NCBI GenBank assembly: GCA_963758635.1
Contig: CAVWWD010000008.1
Span: 736,001-800,000, forward strand
Direction of reading: 5' to 3'
Length of the DNA stretch: 64,000 nucleotides
DNA from: an uncultured Candidatus Rokubacteria bacterium
GTDB lineage: Bacteria > Methylomirabilota > Methylomirabilia > Rokubacteriales > CSP1-6
The notes under the pieces are model-generated. The model was not told where the DNA came from. It did no database searches and saw only the letters and a program-made list of their open reading frames with translations. A program made the translations under genes and the position numbers. This document shows, one piece after another, positions 21,160 through 31,450 of this stretch. The number at the start of each line of letters is the position of its first letter. Position 1 is the stretch's first letter.

Positions 21160-22749
21160 AGCCAGCGAGGAATCGCTGCAGGAACGTCGCCAACGGATCG
21201 TTGTCGTAGCGCAGCGGCGTTCCCTCGTCGTCAGCGACCCAGGAGAGCTTCCCCGCCGTGTCGAGCTGCAGTCGGAAGCTGGTGTCCGGGTCGACCCCGT
21301 CATTCATGAATGCGATCACCTGCGCGGCGAGCGCCGGGCTTTGCACGTAGAGACCGGCCTCGGTGTTGATGGCGCTCGACCGCGCGTCGAGGTTGAAGCT
21401 GCCGATGAACACGTCCGTGCGGTCGAAGACGATGGCCTTGGTGTGCAGACCCGCTTTGCCGCCGGAGCCGAAGAGCCGTTTGCGCACCGGGCCTGGCTCC
21501 GGGCGCAGCTCGTACAGCTCGATGCCGCCCCGGACCATCGCTTCGCGCCTCTTCGAATATCCGGCGAAAGCGGCGATGACGTTATTGGAGGCGAGGGAGT
21601 TCGTGAGGACGCGGACCCGGACGCCGCGGTCGACCAGCTCCTTCAGCTTGGCGACGCCCCGGTCGAGCGGGATGAAATACGCGGATTCGATCATCAGCTC
21701 GGTCTGCAACCGCTCGAACCGCTGGAACAGCAACGTGTGCATCACGCGTCGGCTCGGGTCGCGGATCGAGGCGGGATCGTCGTACACAGCATGGGCGGGG
21801 GCCCAGACGAAGTCGCGGATGATGGACGAGAGCAGCGACTTGAAGGCGTCTATGTCCTGGTCCAGCGGATGCGGATAGTCCCCCTTCGCGATCAGCTCAC
21901 GCACGCGTTGCACGTGGGCGCGCAGGTCGTCCTCGCCGTACGGCCGGTCGACCAGCGCCGCGATCGGCACGGACCATTCACCGTTCCAGAATCGGTCGAA
22001 GACGTTCGACAGGTCCCGGACCACGGGACCCGACGCGGCCGATGTCGAGGTCTCGGAAGTTGGCCCGGGGGTCCACCTCGAAGTACGCATCACCCATGTT
22101 GCGCCCGCCGACGACCGCCAGCGCGTTGTCCATCACCATGAGCTTGTTGTGCATGCGATGGTTGACGCGATCGAAGTCGACCAGGAACCCGAACAGGTGC
22201 GACCCGCGGTGCGCAAAGGGATTGAACAGGCGGATCTCGATGTTGGGGTGCGCGTCGATCGCAGCGATGCCGGCGTCGCGATCCTTGAGATTGACGTTGT
22301 CGATCAGGACTCGCACCCGGACGCCCCGGTCGGCCGCGCGGATGAGGTGGTCACCCAGGATTCGCCCCGTGGCGTCGGAGTCCCAGAGGAAGTACTGGAC
22401 GTTGAGGGTCTTCTCGGCGAGATCGGCCAGGAGCACGCGGAACGTGAACGCCGGGCGCCCGTGCCGGATGATGGCCAGGCCTGATTCGCCCGGGTGTTGC
22501 GCGGCAAGGTCGGCGAACTCCTTGCCGAGCCTGGTAGTCTCGTGGAGCTGGAACGCCGTCGACTCGGTTCGTGGGTAATCTGTCGGCACGGTCGCACAGC
22601 TCGCGATCAGCAGGACGGCGGCGGCGAGCAGGGCGTGGCGGCGGCGAACGTGGGCGCGCGCGCGGTCGGCTCGCGGGTGTCGCGGTTCGGGCGTGGCCGC
22701 CGTCTCGGGCGCGGGCGGTGACTGCGGTCGATTCGGATGGTCGATCATG
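21125..22749 (-). CDS. Phospholipase D family lipoprotein (ClsC/YmdC-like); frameshift near 22040
   Basis: Two HKD motifs (HNKLMVMD, HTKAIVFD), lipobox LIASC; split across ORFs 21978..22853 and 21125..22093. Confidence 0.85.
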
Positions 22750-23104
22750 GGCTGTCCTCCGTCGCGCGCTCGAGCGCGAAGGGGCCGGTGCTTCGGGACG
22801 CGACCAACGGCCATCATGACGGGAGGATAGTCCACCCAGCCGTCGACCGACAAGCGTACCGTCGGCGTCTTGCCGAAGACTCATGAGACGAAGAGCCATG
22901 AGACGAAGGTCCGATGTCGCGGTAGGCGCCCTGTCTGCTACGCAGAAGGGGGGCGGTGACTCCAGAGCGTCGTCTCGGAGAGGGACTGCAAAGGAAGGAG
23001 GGAAATGGACGCCGGGTCATAGCGCCCTCGCCGCGGCCGGACGCTGAGCGAGCGTTAGAAATCTAATCCTTGGGTTACAGAAGAAGAGAAAGGAAGGTAG
23101 GACG

Positions 23105-23515
23105 ATGAAGGTACGATGCTGGGTAGCTTCTCTCGTTGTGGTGTCGCTCGTCTTGATGAGCGCCGTGGGCACGGTCGGCGCCAAGGACGAGTGGTTCTTG
23201 CTCTCGGAGCAGACGATCAAGGCCTCCGATCCGAGCGTGAGGATCACGGCCGAAAGCGGGAAATGGATCAAGGAGGACGTCAAGGACGTGAAGCTCTCCG
23301 TCGAGGGCGCTGACGTGGAGATCGCGAAGGTCGTTCTCCATTGGAAGAATCGCCGAGACGAGACCATATGGAACGTCGGAACCGTGAAGGCGGGAGGGCA
23401 AACCGCGGCGAAGTCGGCTCCCGGACACGAGGGAACCCTCGGGTCGGTGACGATCAACTACAGAATCCTTGGTGGCGTACAGACCGCCAAGGTCAAGGTG
23501 TGGGGATACGACTAA
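23105..23515 (+). CDS. Exported hypothetical protein (DUF2541-like)
   Basis: Signal peptide, purine-rich leader, visibly lower GC than neighbours. Confidence 0.7.
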   Translation: MKVRCWVASLVVVSLVLMSAVGTVGAKDEWFLLSEQTIKASDPSVRITAESGKWIKEDVKDVKLSVEGADVEIAKVVLHWKNRRDETIWNVGTVKAGGQTAAKSAPGHEGTLGSVTINYRILGGVQTAKVKVWGYD

Positions 23516-23744
23516 CGGGCAAGCCGGCTAACGGGCAAGCCGGCTGAACGTCTGCCCGCCGGGCCGGTGAGCCTCGATCAACGCGTTCGAGGCCAAGGCG
23601 ATCCGGGGTGAGCTTCGCTGGAATCGAGCGCGGTGGAAGCGTGCAGGTCGATGGGTACGGGCGGCGAGGCCTCGGTAGGCCGGGGCCTCGCCGGCGTCCC
23701 GATGAAAGGCTTCGATCCCTCGCCAGCCGCCCTTCGCTAATGCG

Positions 23745-25781
23745 GTGATGCGTCGTCGCAACTGGCCGCACCACTCGCCGCACCGAGAACTGCATCACGT
23801 TGGCGCCGTCGTGGCGCTGTCGCTGGTCCTGTCGGCCTGCGCGACGCCGATCGGGGTCAGGCTCGTGGACGGGCAGGCCGCGCACCGTCTGTTGACCGCG
23901 AGCGCGGTGTCGGCCGGCGAGCTCAGCGCCTACTCGAAACGAACCCTGCTACGCGAGGGGCTGCTCGACGCCTTCGACGGCGACGCGCCGGCGGTCGTCG
24001 CGAAGGTTCACCAGCGCTATGTCGAGCTCTACCGCGAGGGCTCGCCGGCGCAGGAGACCGCGCTCTTCGCCCTCGCCGAGATGGCGTTCCTGCACGGCGA
24101 GAAATCCGGGGACCGGGCGTACTTCCTGGCCTCCGCCGTCTACGCCTACGCGTTCCTGTTTCCGGACGCCGACAGTCCCTCCTGGGCCCTGCCCGGCATC
24201 AGTGGGCCCTTCGATCCGCGTATCAGGACAGCGGCCGACCTGTACAATCGCGCTCTCGCCGAGGGGCTTGCGTCGGGAGGGACCCCCGCGGACCCGGCTC
24301 TTGGCGCCGCGGCGTCGCCTTGGGACCGAGAGGTTCTCCTCACCGCGGGGCGGCGCTCCCTGCCCGTCGGCGAGCTGGACATCGAGGTGGATCCGACCGG
24401 CTTCCGGTGGGCGGGATACACGCTCGATCATTTCGTGCCAACCGCCACTCTCGAGATCCGTGGGCTGCGCAACCGCTATCGCCTGCCGGGGCTGGGCACG
24501 CCGCTGGCGGCGAGCCTTCGTTCCGATGAGGCGGTAGAGGCGAGCCTGCGCCCCGGCGATGCGCGGATTCCCCCCCGGCTGAAGATCCCGGCCAGCGCGC
24601 TGGTGCGCATCCCCGGAGCGCGGCGCGCGGTGGCCACGGGCCGGATCCGAGGGGTCCTGTCCGTGCACACCAGCGATGCCGCGTCGTCGGTGACGATCGA
24701 CGGCCGCGAGATCCCGCTGGAGTACGAGCCGACGGCGGCGCTGGCCTTCACGCTCGAGGGGGCGAAGCTCTGGGACTTCGAGGTGACCGGGTTCTTCTCC
24801 GGGGGCGCCGGCCTCGCCGGGGTGAGAAGCGGCGCGGCGCGCGCCGCGGTCGCTCCTGGCCCCCGCGCCGAGCGCACGGACGACGGACTCTTCCTGATGG
24901 CGCCCTACCGGGCGGGAAGGATGCCGGTGGTCCTGGTGCATGGCACGGCCTCGAGCCCGGCACGCTGGGCGGAGCTCTTCAACGAGCTCGAGTTCGATCC
25001 GCGGATCGACAGCCGGTACCAGTTCTGGCTGTTCATGTACAACACCGGCAACCCGATCGCGTATTCCGGCGCGCTGCTCCGCGAGGCCCTCTCGCGCGCC
25101 GTGGAGCAGCTCGACCCGGACGGGCAGGACGCGGCGCTTCGCCGCATGGTCGTGATCGGGCACAGCCAGGGCGGCCTCCTGGCGAAGCTCACGGCGGTGG
25201 ATAGCGGCAACCGGCTCTGGAACAACGTGAGCGACGCCACGCTCGACGAGCTGACGCTCAAGCCGGAGACGCGCGAGCTCCTCCGGCGCGCCCTCTTCGT
25301 GAAGCCCGTCCCCTACGTGCGCCGCGTGATCTTCGTTGCCACGCCTCACCGCGGCAGCCCGATCGCGGCGATCGGTCTCGCGGGATGGCTCACCCGCTTC
25401 ATCAGCCTGCCCCTCACCCTGTCCTCGGCGGCCGTCGACCTCCTCGCCCAGAACAAGGACCGGCTGGTCCTCCGCTCGCTCACCCGCCTGCCGCGCAGCA
25501 TCGACAACATGTCGCCGTCCAACCCCTTCGTTCTGACGCTGGCCTCCCTGCCGCTGGCCGAGGGCGTGGTCGCGAACTCCGTGATCGCCGTCCAAGGCGA
25601 CGGCCCCCCGGGGCAGGGAAGCGATGGCGTGGTTCCCTACTGGAGCGCGCACGTGGACGGGGTGGAGTCCGAGCTCGTGGTGCGCTCGTCGCATTCGGTG
25701 CAGGGCGACCCCCACGCGGTCGAGGAGATCCGGCGGATCCTCCTCGAGCACGCGGCGGCGTCGGAGCCGGCGAGCCGGTGA
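23745..25781 (+). CDS. Alpha/beta hydrolase lipoprotein (esterase/lipase)
   Basis: Lipobox LSAC, PVVLVHG, GHSQGG, ATPHRGS, SDGVVPY, SSH. Confidence 0.88.
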   Translation: MMRRRNWPHHSPHRELHHVGAVVALSLVLSACATPIGVRLVDGQAAHRLLTASAVSAGELSAYSKRTLLREGLLDAFDGDAPAVVAKVHQRYVELYREGSPAQETALFALAEMAFLHGEKSGDRAYFLASAVYAYAFLFPDADSPSWALPGISGPFDPRIRTAADLYNRALAEGLASGGTPADPALGAAASPWDREVLLTAGRRSLPVGELDIEVDPTGFRWAGYTLDHFVPTATLEIRGLRNRYRLPGLGTPLAASLRSDEAVEASLRPGDARIPPRLKIPASALVRIPGARRAVATGRIRGVLSVHTSDAASSVTIDGREIPLEYEPTAALAFTLEGAKLWDFEVTGFFSGGAGLAGVRSGAARAAVAPGPRAERTDDGLFLMAPYRAGRMPVVLVHGTASSPARWAELFNELEFDPRIDSRYQFWLFMYNTGNPIAYSGALLREALSRAVEQLDPDGQDAALRRMVVIGHSQGGLLAKLTAVDSGNRLWNNVSDATLDELTLKPETRELLRRALFVKPVPYVRRVIFVATPHRGSPIAAIGLAGWLTRFISLPLTLSSAAVDLLAQNKDRLVLRSLTRLPRSIDNMSPSNPFVLTLASLPLAEGVVANSVIAVQGDGPPGQGSDGVVPYWSAHVDGVESELVVRSSHSVQGDPHAVEEIRRILLEHAAASEPASR

Positions 25782-25803
25782 TGCCCGGCCGGTGAGCTCG
25801 CGC

Positions 25804-26829
25804 TCACGCCTGCGCTGCCTCTGAGGCTTCTCCTCCGCCGCGGACGCTCGACTCCATCACGGTCGCCGCCGCGATCTCGTACGACCGCAGGCGTGCGGGC
25901 TGATCGTAGATGTGCGACACCACGATCAGCTCGTCGGCCTGGGTGCGTTCCACGAACGCGCGCATCTGCGCGGACACGGTGTCCGGCGAGCCGACGAACG
26001 AGACGCGCGAGCGCCGCAGCGGATCGGCGGGATCGGACAGGGCCCGCTCCCACTCCTTCGACGGCGGCGGCAGCTGGATGGGGCGGCCGGATCGCAGGCT
26101 GGCGAACGACTGGCGGCCCGACGATGCCAGGAACCGCGCCTCGTCGTCGGTGTCCGCGGCCACCACGTTGACCCCCAGCATCACGTACGGGGCAGGAAGC
26201 TGGGCCGAGGGCCTGAAGCGCGCCCGATAGATGCCGATCGCGTCGAAGAGCATGGCGGGCGCGAAGTGCGAGGCGAAGACGAACGGCAGGCCGAACGCCG
26301 CGGCGACCTGGGCGCCAAACGTGCTGGAGCCGAGAATCCAGACGGGCACGCGCAGGCCGGCCCCGGGCACCGCGTGCACGGGCTGGCCGGGTTGAGGGTC
26401 GGCCAGGAGCTCCATCACCTCGAGCACGTCGTTGGGGAAGTTGTCGGGATCGGCGTTCAAGGTGCGCCGGAGGGCCATCGCGGCGGACGGGTCAGTGCCC
26501 GGGGCTCGACCCAGGCCGAGATCGATGCGGCCGGGGAACAGCGACTCCAGCGTGCCGAACTGCTCGGCGACCTGCAGGGGCGCGTGATTCGGCAGCATGA
26601 TTCCCCCGGCGCCAATCCGGATCCGAGAGGTACCAGCGCCGACGTGCCCAATGAGCACGGCGGTGGCCGCGCTCCCGATGCCGGGCATGTTGTGGTGCTC
26701 GGCCAGCCAGAAGCGCGTGTAGCCGAGCCGCTCCGCGTGCCGCGCCAGCTCCAGCGTGTGGGCGAAGGCCAGTGCCGGCGTGCCGCCTTGGACGATAGGA
26801 GCGAGATCCAGGACCGAGAGGGGAATCAT
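25804..26829 (-). CDS. LLM-class oxidoreductase (YhbW-like)
   Basis: [40 protein letters not shown]. Confidence 0.92.
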   Translation of the reverse strand: MIPLSVLDLAPIVQGGTPALAFAHTLELARHAERLGYTRFWLAEHHNMPGIGSAATAVLIGHVGAGTSRIRIGAGGIMLPNHAPLQVAEQFGTLESLFPGRIDLGLGRAPGTDPSAAMALRRTLNADPDNFPNDVLEVMELLADPQPGQPVHAVPGAGLRVPVWILGSSTFGAQVAAAFGLPFVFASHFAPAMLFDAIGIYRARFRPSAQLPAPYVMLGVNVVAADTDDEARFLASSGRQSFASLRSGRPIQLPPPSKEWERALSDPADPLRRSRVSFVGSPDTVSAQMRAFVERTQADELIVVSHIYDQPARLRSYEIAAATVMESSVRGGGEASEAAQA

Positions 26830-26899
26830 CTCCGCCAGGATACACGCTCCCGTGAGCGGTTGGCGACCCGGGAGTATCCTGCTGAGCGCGGACGGAATA

Positions 26900-26998
26900 C
26901 TAGCTGAACAGCAGCGCCGCCGCCCCGACGCACAGCGCGAGCGCGGCGAGGCCTCCCAAGAGCGCGGGCCAGTTCTCGTCTCCGGTTCCCTTCTCCAC
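26900..26998 (-). CDS. Putative 32-aa single-TM small protein
   Basis: AAGGAG RBS, GTG start, [32 protein letters not shown]; sigma54-type promoter upstream. Confidence 0.55.
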   Translation of the reverse strand: MEKGTGDENWPALLGGLAALALCVGAAALLFS

Positions 26999-27039
26999 GG
27001 CATCTCCTTCTTGCGAACGCGCAGTCTGGGGGCCGATAC

Positions 27040-27055
27040 TGCAACGGCAGTGCCG
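27040..27055 (-). promoter_or_regulatory. Sigma54-type promoter
   Basis: CGGCACTGCCGTTGCA, close to the TGGCACnnnnnTTGCW consensus. Confidence 0.65.
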
Positions 27056-27309
27056 CCGCGCTAGATGCCCGATTTCTTTCGTGTCGGAGCGCATGCGAAG
27101 GACTGAGAGACGCGTGCGCCTGAGATCAGGCGGCGGCTTCTCTCCTTCGGGAAACTTTTCGGCTTGTCGTCCCGCGAAGATTTTGCCGGGTGTCCGTCCG
27201 GGGCCCGGGCGGACAAGAGCCTCTCGACACGGCCGCGAGCCGGGCGCAGTATGTCGTTGCCGGCGATCCAATTCCCAACCCCAGAGGACGATCCGTGAGG
27301 AGGCCAGCA

Positions 27310-28803
27310 ATGCGAGCACCGATACTTTTGCTCAGCGCGATCCTGTGCTTCTCGCCGCTCACCGCCGACGCTCAGGGGCTCGATGCCGTCGCGAAGGCTC
27401 TTGGCGCGACCAACCTGCAGTCGATGATCACCGCCGACGCTCAGGGGCTCGATGCCGTCGCGAAGGCTCTTGGCGCGACCAACCTGCAGTCGATCGAGAT
27501 CCAGGGGGGCGGCTCGTTCTTCTGGGTCGGGCAGGCCTACACCGCGGGCACGGCCTGGCCGCAGTTCAACGTGCGGAGCCTGACCCGCGTGATCAACTAC
27601 GACACGGCTTCACTCCGGGAGGAGATGGTTCGCACGCGCACGCTCGAGCCGCCCAAGGGGGGCGGGCCGTACGTTCGCGGCGAGCACAAGGCGGTGGCCT
27701 TCCTCAGTGGTGATCACGCCTGGAACATCGTGGGCGACGCCGCGGCGCCGGCGCCGATCACGGTCGCGGACCGGCAATTCCAGCTCTGGTCGACCCCGCA
27801 CGGCATCGTCAAGGCCGCGATGGCGGGCAAGGGCACGATCCAGGGGCGCACGATCACCTTCGGGATCCCGGGCCGCTTCAAGGGGATCGCGACCCTCGAC
27901 GCCGCCAACATGGTCGAGCGCGTCGAGGCGACGGTGGCGTATCCCGTCGTGGGCGACATGCCCGTCACGGTGACCTACGCGGACTACAAGGACTTCGGCG
28001 GCGTGAAGTTCCCGACGAGGATCCGGCAGACCTACGGGGGCCACCCGGCGCTCGAGCTCACGGTGACGGAGGTCAAGGCCAACGTCGCCGCCGACATCGC
28101 GGTCCCCGACAACGTCAAGCAGGCGACCAGCCCCTACGCGCGCGTCCAGAGCCAGAAGGCCGCCGACGGGGTGTGGTACGTGACGGGCGGCTCGCATCAC
28201 AGCGTGGTGATCGAGATGAGCGATCACGTGATCGTCGTGGAGGGGCCGCTGAACGACGAGCGCGCGCTGGCCGTCATCAAGGAGACGCGCACGCTCGTGC
28301 CGAGCAAGCCGATCAAGTATCTCGTCGTCAGCCACAGCCACTTCGACCACTCGGGCGGCGTGCGCGCGTTCGTGGGCGAGGGCGCGACGCTGATCACCCA
28401 CGACGCGAGCCGGCCGTACTTCGAGAGGATCCTCGCGGGGCCGGCGACCGTGAGCCCGGACCATCTCGCGAAGTCCGGCAAGAAGGCCACGGTGGAAGGC
28501 GTTCGCGATCGCCGTGTGCTGACCGACGGGACGCGGACCGTCGAGATCCGTCAGATCGCCGGCATCCAGCACGCCGACGACATGCTGATGGTCTATCTGC
28601 CGAAGGAGAAGTTCCTGATCGAGGCTGACGCGTACACGCCCCCGGCGCCGAACGCGCAGCCGATGAGCCCGCCGAGCCCGTTCAACGTCAGCCTCGCGGA
28701 GAACGTCAAGAATCAGGGGCTCGCGGTCGACCAGATCCTCCCGCTGCACGGCCGCATCGTTCCGCTGGCGGAGCTCCACAAGGCAGCCGGCATCACGCCC
28801 TGA
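27310..28803 (+). CDS. Exported MBL-fold metallo-hydrolase
   Basis: Signal peptide, SHSHFDHSGG, QHAD, PLHG. Confidence 0.88.
   Translation: MRAPILLLSAILCFSPLTADAQGLDAVAKALGATNLQSMITADAQGLDAVAKALGATNLQSIEIQGGGSFFWVGQAYTAGTAWPQFNVRSLTRVINYDTASLREEMVRTRTLEPPKGGGPYVRGEHKAVAFLSGDHAWNIVGDAAAPAPITVADRQFQLWSTPHGIVKAAMAGKGTIQGRTITFGIPGRFKGIATLDAANMVERVEATVAYPVVGDMPVTVTYADYKDFGGVKFPTRIRQTYGGHPALELTVTEVKANVAADIAVPDNVKQATSPYARVQSQKAADGVWYVTGGSHHSVVIEMSDHVIVVEGPLNDERALAVIKETRTLVPSKPIKYLVVSHSHFDHSGGVRAFVGEGATLITHDASRPYFERILAGPATVSPDHLAKSGKKATVEGVRDRRVLTDGTRTVEIRQIAGIQHADDMLMVYLPKEKFLIEADAYTPPAPNAQPMSPPSPFNVSLAENVKNQGLAVDQILPLHGRIVPLAELHKAAGITP
27360..27494 (+). repeat. Tandem duplication, 69-bp period, in frame
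   Basis: Two identical 66-bp copies encoding TADAQGLDAVAKALGATNLQS. Confidence 0.95.
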
Positions 28804-28812
28804 CTCTCTGAG

Positions 28813-28836
28813 CCGGGGGGCCTCCGGGCCCCCCGG
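28813..28836. terminator. GC hairpin between convergent genes
   Basis: CCGGGGGGCC-TCCG-GGCCCCCCGG. Confidence 0.65.
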
Positions 28837-28855
28837 TCGTCAGTGGCTGATCGCG

Positions 28856-29646
28856 TCAGTGCCGCGCAAGGAAGGCCAGCACCGCTTCGTTGAACGCCGC
28901 CGCCTGCTCCAGGTTGGACAGATGCGCCGCGTCCTTCAGGATGACCAGCTCGGAGCCGGCCACACGCTGGTGGATGGTGCGCGCCATGTCCACGGTGGTC
29001 GCGGGGTCGTCGGCGCCGACCACGATCAGGGTGGGAGTGGTGATCGCAGGGAGTCGATCGGTGAGGTTGAGCTTCGCGATGGCCTGGCAGCAGGCGATGT
29101 AGCCGTCCATCGGCGTCGTTCGCACCATGCCCCGGACGATGTCGGCCATGGCGGGACGGTTCTTGACCGTGTCGGGGGTGAGGAATCGCGCCACCGTGGG
29201 CTCCACCATGGCCTCCATGCTCCCGCCCGCCTTGACGGCGTCGATGCGCTGCTGCCAGAGGGCGGGATCGCCGAGGGGATCCCGGCTGGTGGTGTCGCAC
29301 AGCACCAGGGTGCGTAGCACGCCCGGGTTCTTCAGCGCCATGGTCATGCCCGTCATGCCGCCCATGGACAGGCCGACGAAGTGCGTGCGTGTGATCTGGA
29401 GGGCGTCCAGCAACGCCAGCACGTCGTCGGCGAGGAGCTCGAAGCTGTAGGGGCCCGGCGCCACGTCGGTCTCGCCGTGGCCCGCTTGTCATAGCGCAGC
29501 ACGCGGTACTGCCTGGTGAAGTCGGCGATCTGCGGGTCCCACATGCGGTGCGTGGTCGCCAGCGAGTTGCTCATGGTGACCCAGGGCGCGCCCTCGGGGC
29601 CGTCGATCCGGTAGTTGATGTTGATGCCGTTGACCTTGATCTTCAT
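28856..29646 (-). CDS. pcaD: 3-oxoadipate enol-lactonase-like hydrolase; frameshift near 29483
   Basis: MSNSLAT..MWDPQ, VLRYDKR/GHG, GLSMGG, AAHLSNLEQ. Confidence 0.8.
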
Positions 29647-29805
29647 GGGTTCTCCTTCGCCTCCATCTGGAAGCACGTACTCGCGGATACGCGTCTTGGC
29701 CCACGTACAGCGCGGAGCAGGCGCCTGTCAAGGGGTTTCGGCTCTGTTGCGCGCGGATGACCGAGACTTTCGGCTCTGTCGCAACGCGGGATGATCGGGA
29801 TGACA

Positions 29806-30778
29806 TCAGTCCCGAAGTGACGCGCCGAGCAGGCTGTGCGGGTCCACGCGCGCGCGTCCCACCTGCGCGGCGAAGTGCAGGTGCGGCCCGGTGGCGCGGC
29901 CGGTGGCGCCGACGGTGCCGAGCGCCTCGCCCCGGTCCACCAGCGCGCCCTCCACGGCGTCCACGCGGTCGAGGTGCATGTAGAGCGTGTAGAGGCCGAG
30001 ACCGTGGTCGAGGACGACGAGGCGGCCGGGGAAGAAGAAGTCGCCCACCAGCGCGACTCGACCGCGGTTGGCGGCGAGGACCGGCGTCCCCCGGCTCGCG
30101 GTGTAGTCGAGCCCGGAGTGCGGGCGCCGCGGCTGGCCGTTGATGATGCGACGCGCTCCGAAGCCGTGTCCCTCGCTCTCGCCGCCCGACCGGTCGCGCG
30201 AACGGGCCCCGCCAGAGGCGCTCCGGGGTGAGGGTGTCGTAGAGCGCGGTGAGTCTCTCCGCTTCGGCCTGGGCTCGGCGCAGCGTCTCCGGATCCAGAT
30301 CCACCTGTTGCCTGGGCAGGGTGAGGCGTTGCACCGGGAACTGCCGCGCCTGGACCGCGAGCCCGCCGGTCGCCGCGCGTGACGCGCCGGCCCCGTCCAC
30401 GACCTCGATGCGCCACGGCGTTCGGCCAGGCGGCGTCTCGAGGTCGATCCCCACGATGGCCGCGTGGCCGTCGCCCTGCGGGAAGAAGTGCAACGCGCGT
30501 TCGCCGAGGCGGCCCGTCACCTCGCGGGCTCCGGACGCGCCCCCGACGGAGACGAGGGCGACGTCACCCTGGCGCAGAGCGCTGGGCGCGATCCGGACGT
30601 CGAGGGGAGGGCTTGCGGCGAGCGCCGGCGCCGTCAGAGCTCTCGACGGCGGACCCGCGATGAACGGCACGAACGCGAAGCCGAACGCGAGGCAGAGCGC
30701 GAACGCATGGCCGAGGCGACACGACCACCCGCCATTCAAGCGGGTGGTCGGCGCCGCCAGGCTCATGGGCCCCATCAT
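29806..30778 (-). CDS. M23-family metallopeptidase; frameshift near 30180; start uncertain
   Basis: PHSGLD, DHGLGLYTLYMHL, GRATGPHLH. Confidence 0.8.
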
Positions 30779-30802
30779 GGCATGGGGCGTCGCGCCGGTG
30801 GT

Positions 30803-31441
30803 CTAGCGTCGCCTCGGCCGGCGAACCGCGCGCACCTTGCCGCTCGGTCCTCCGCCGCAGAAGAACCGGTCGCCGCCGTCGGACTCGAGGCCCGACACGC
30901 CCACTCCCGGCGGCATCGCGAGGCTCTCCAGCACCTCTCCCGTCCGCGGATCGACGCGCCTCAGCTCGCTCTCGTCGCCTTCCCAGGTGCCGTGCCAGAG
31001 CTCTCCGTCGACCCAGGTGACGCCGGTGACGAACCGATTGGACTCGATCGTGCGGAGGATCGCCCCGGTCTCGGGATCCACCTGGTGGATCTTCCGGGCC
31101 CGATACTCGCCGACCCAGAGCGTCCCCTCGGCCCACGCGAGGCCCGAGTCCCCGCCGCCGCCCGGCGCCGGGATGGTGGCGAGGACGCGGCCGGTCGTCG
31201 GATCGATCTTCTGGATGCGAGCCTCGGCGATCTGGTAGAGGTGCTGGCCATCGAAGGCCGTCCCGGCATGCGCGGCGGCGTCGATCGACCGCCGCGTCTT
31301 GCCGCTGGTCGGGTCGAGGGCGTGCAGCTTGTCTCCGGCGGCGAGCCAGACGTGCTGACCGTCATACGTGACGCCATGCACCTGGTCGACCCCCGGAAGG
31401 GGACCGTACTCACGGATGATCTCGGCCGTTGATGTGTTCAT
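30803..31441 (-). CDS. Beta-propeller protein (glutamine cyclotransferase/Vgb-like)
   Basis: Repeated GxAxDG..W / IDPxTGxVLxTI blades. Confidence 0.75.
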   Translation of the reverse strand: MNTSTAEIIREYGPLPGVDQVHGVTYDGQHVWLAAGDKLHALDPTSGKTRRSIDAAAHAGTAFDGQHLYQIAEARIQKIDPTTGRVLATIPAPGGGGDSGLAWAEGTLWVGEYRARKIHQVDPETGAILRTIESNRFVTGVTWVDGELWHGTWEGDESELRRVDPRTGEVLESLAMPPGVGVSGLESDGGDRFFCGGGPSGKVRAVRRPRRR

Positions 31442-31450
31442 GTGCCCATC

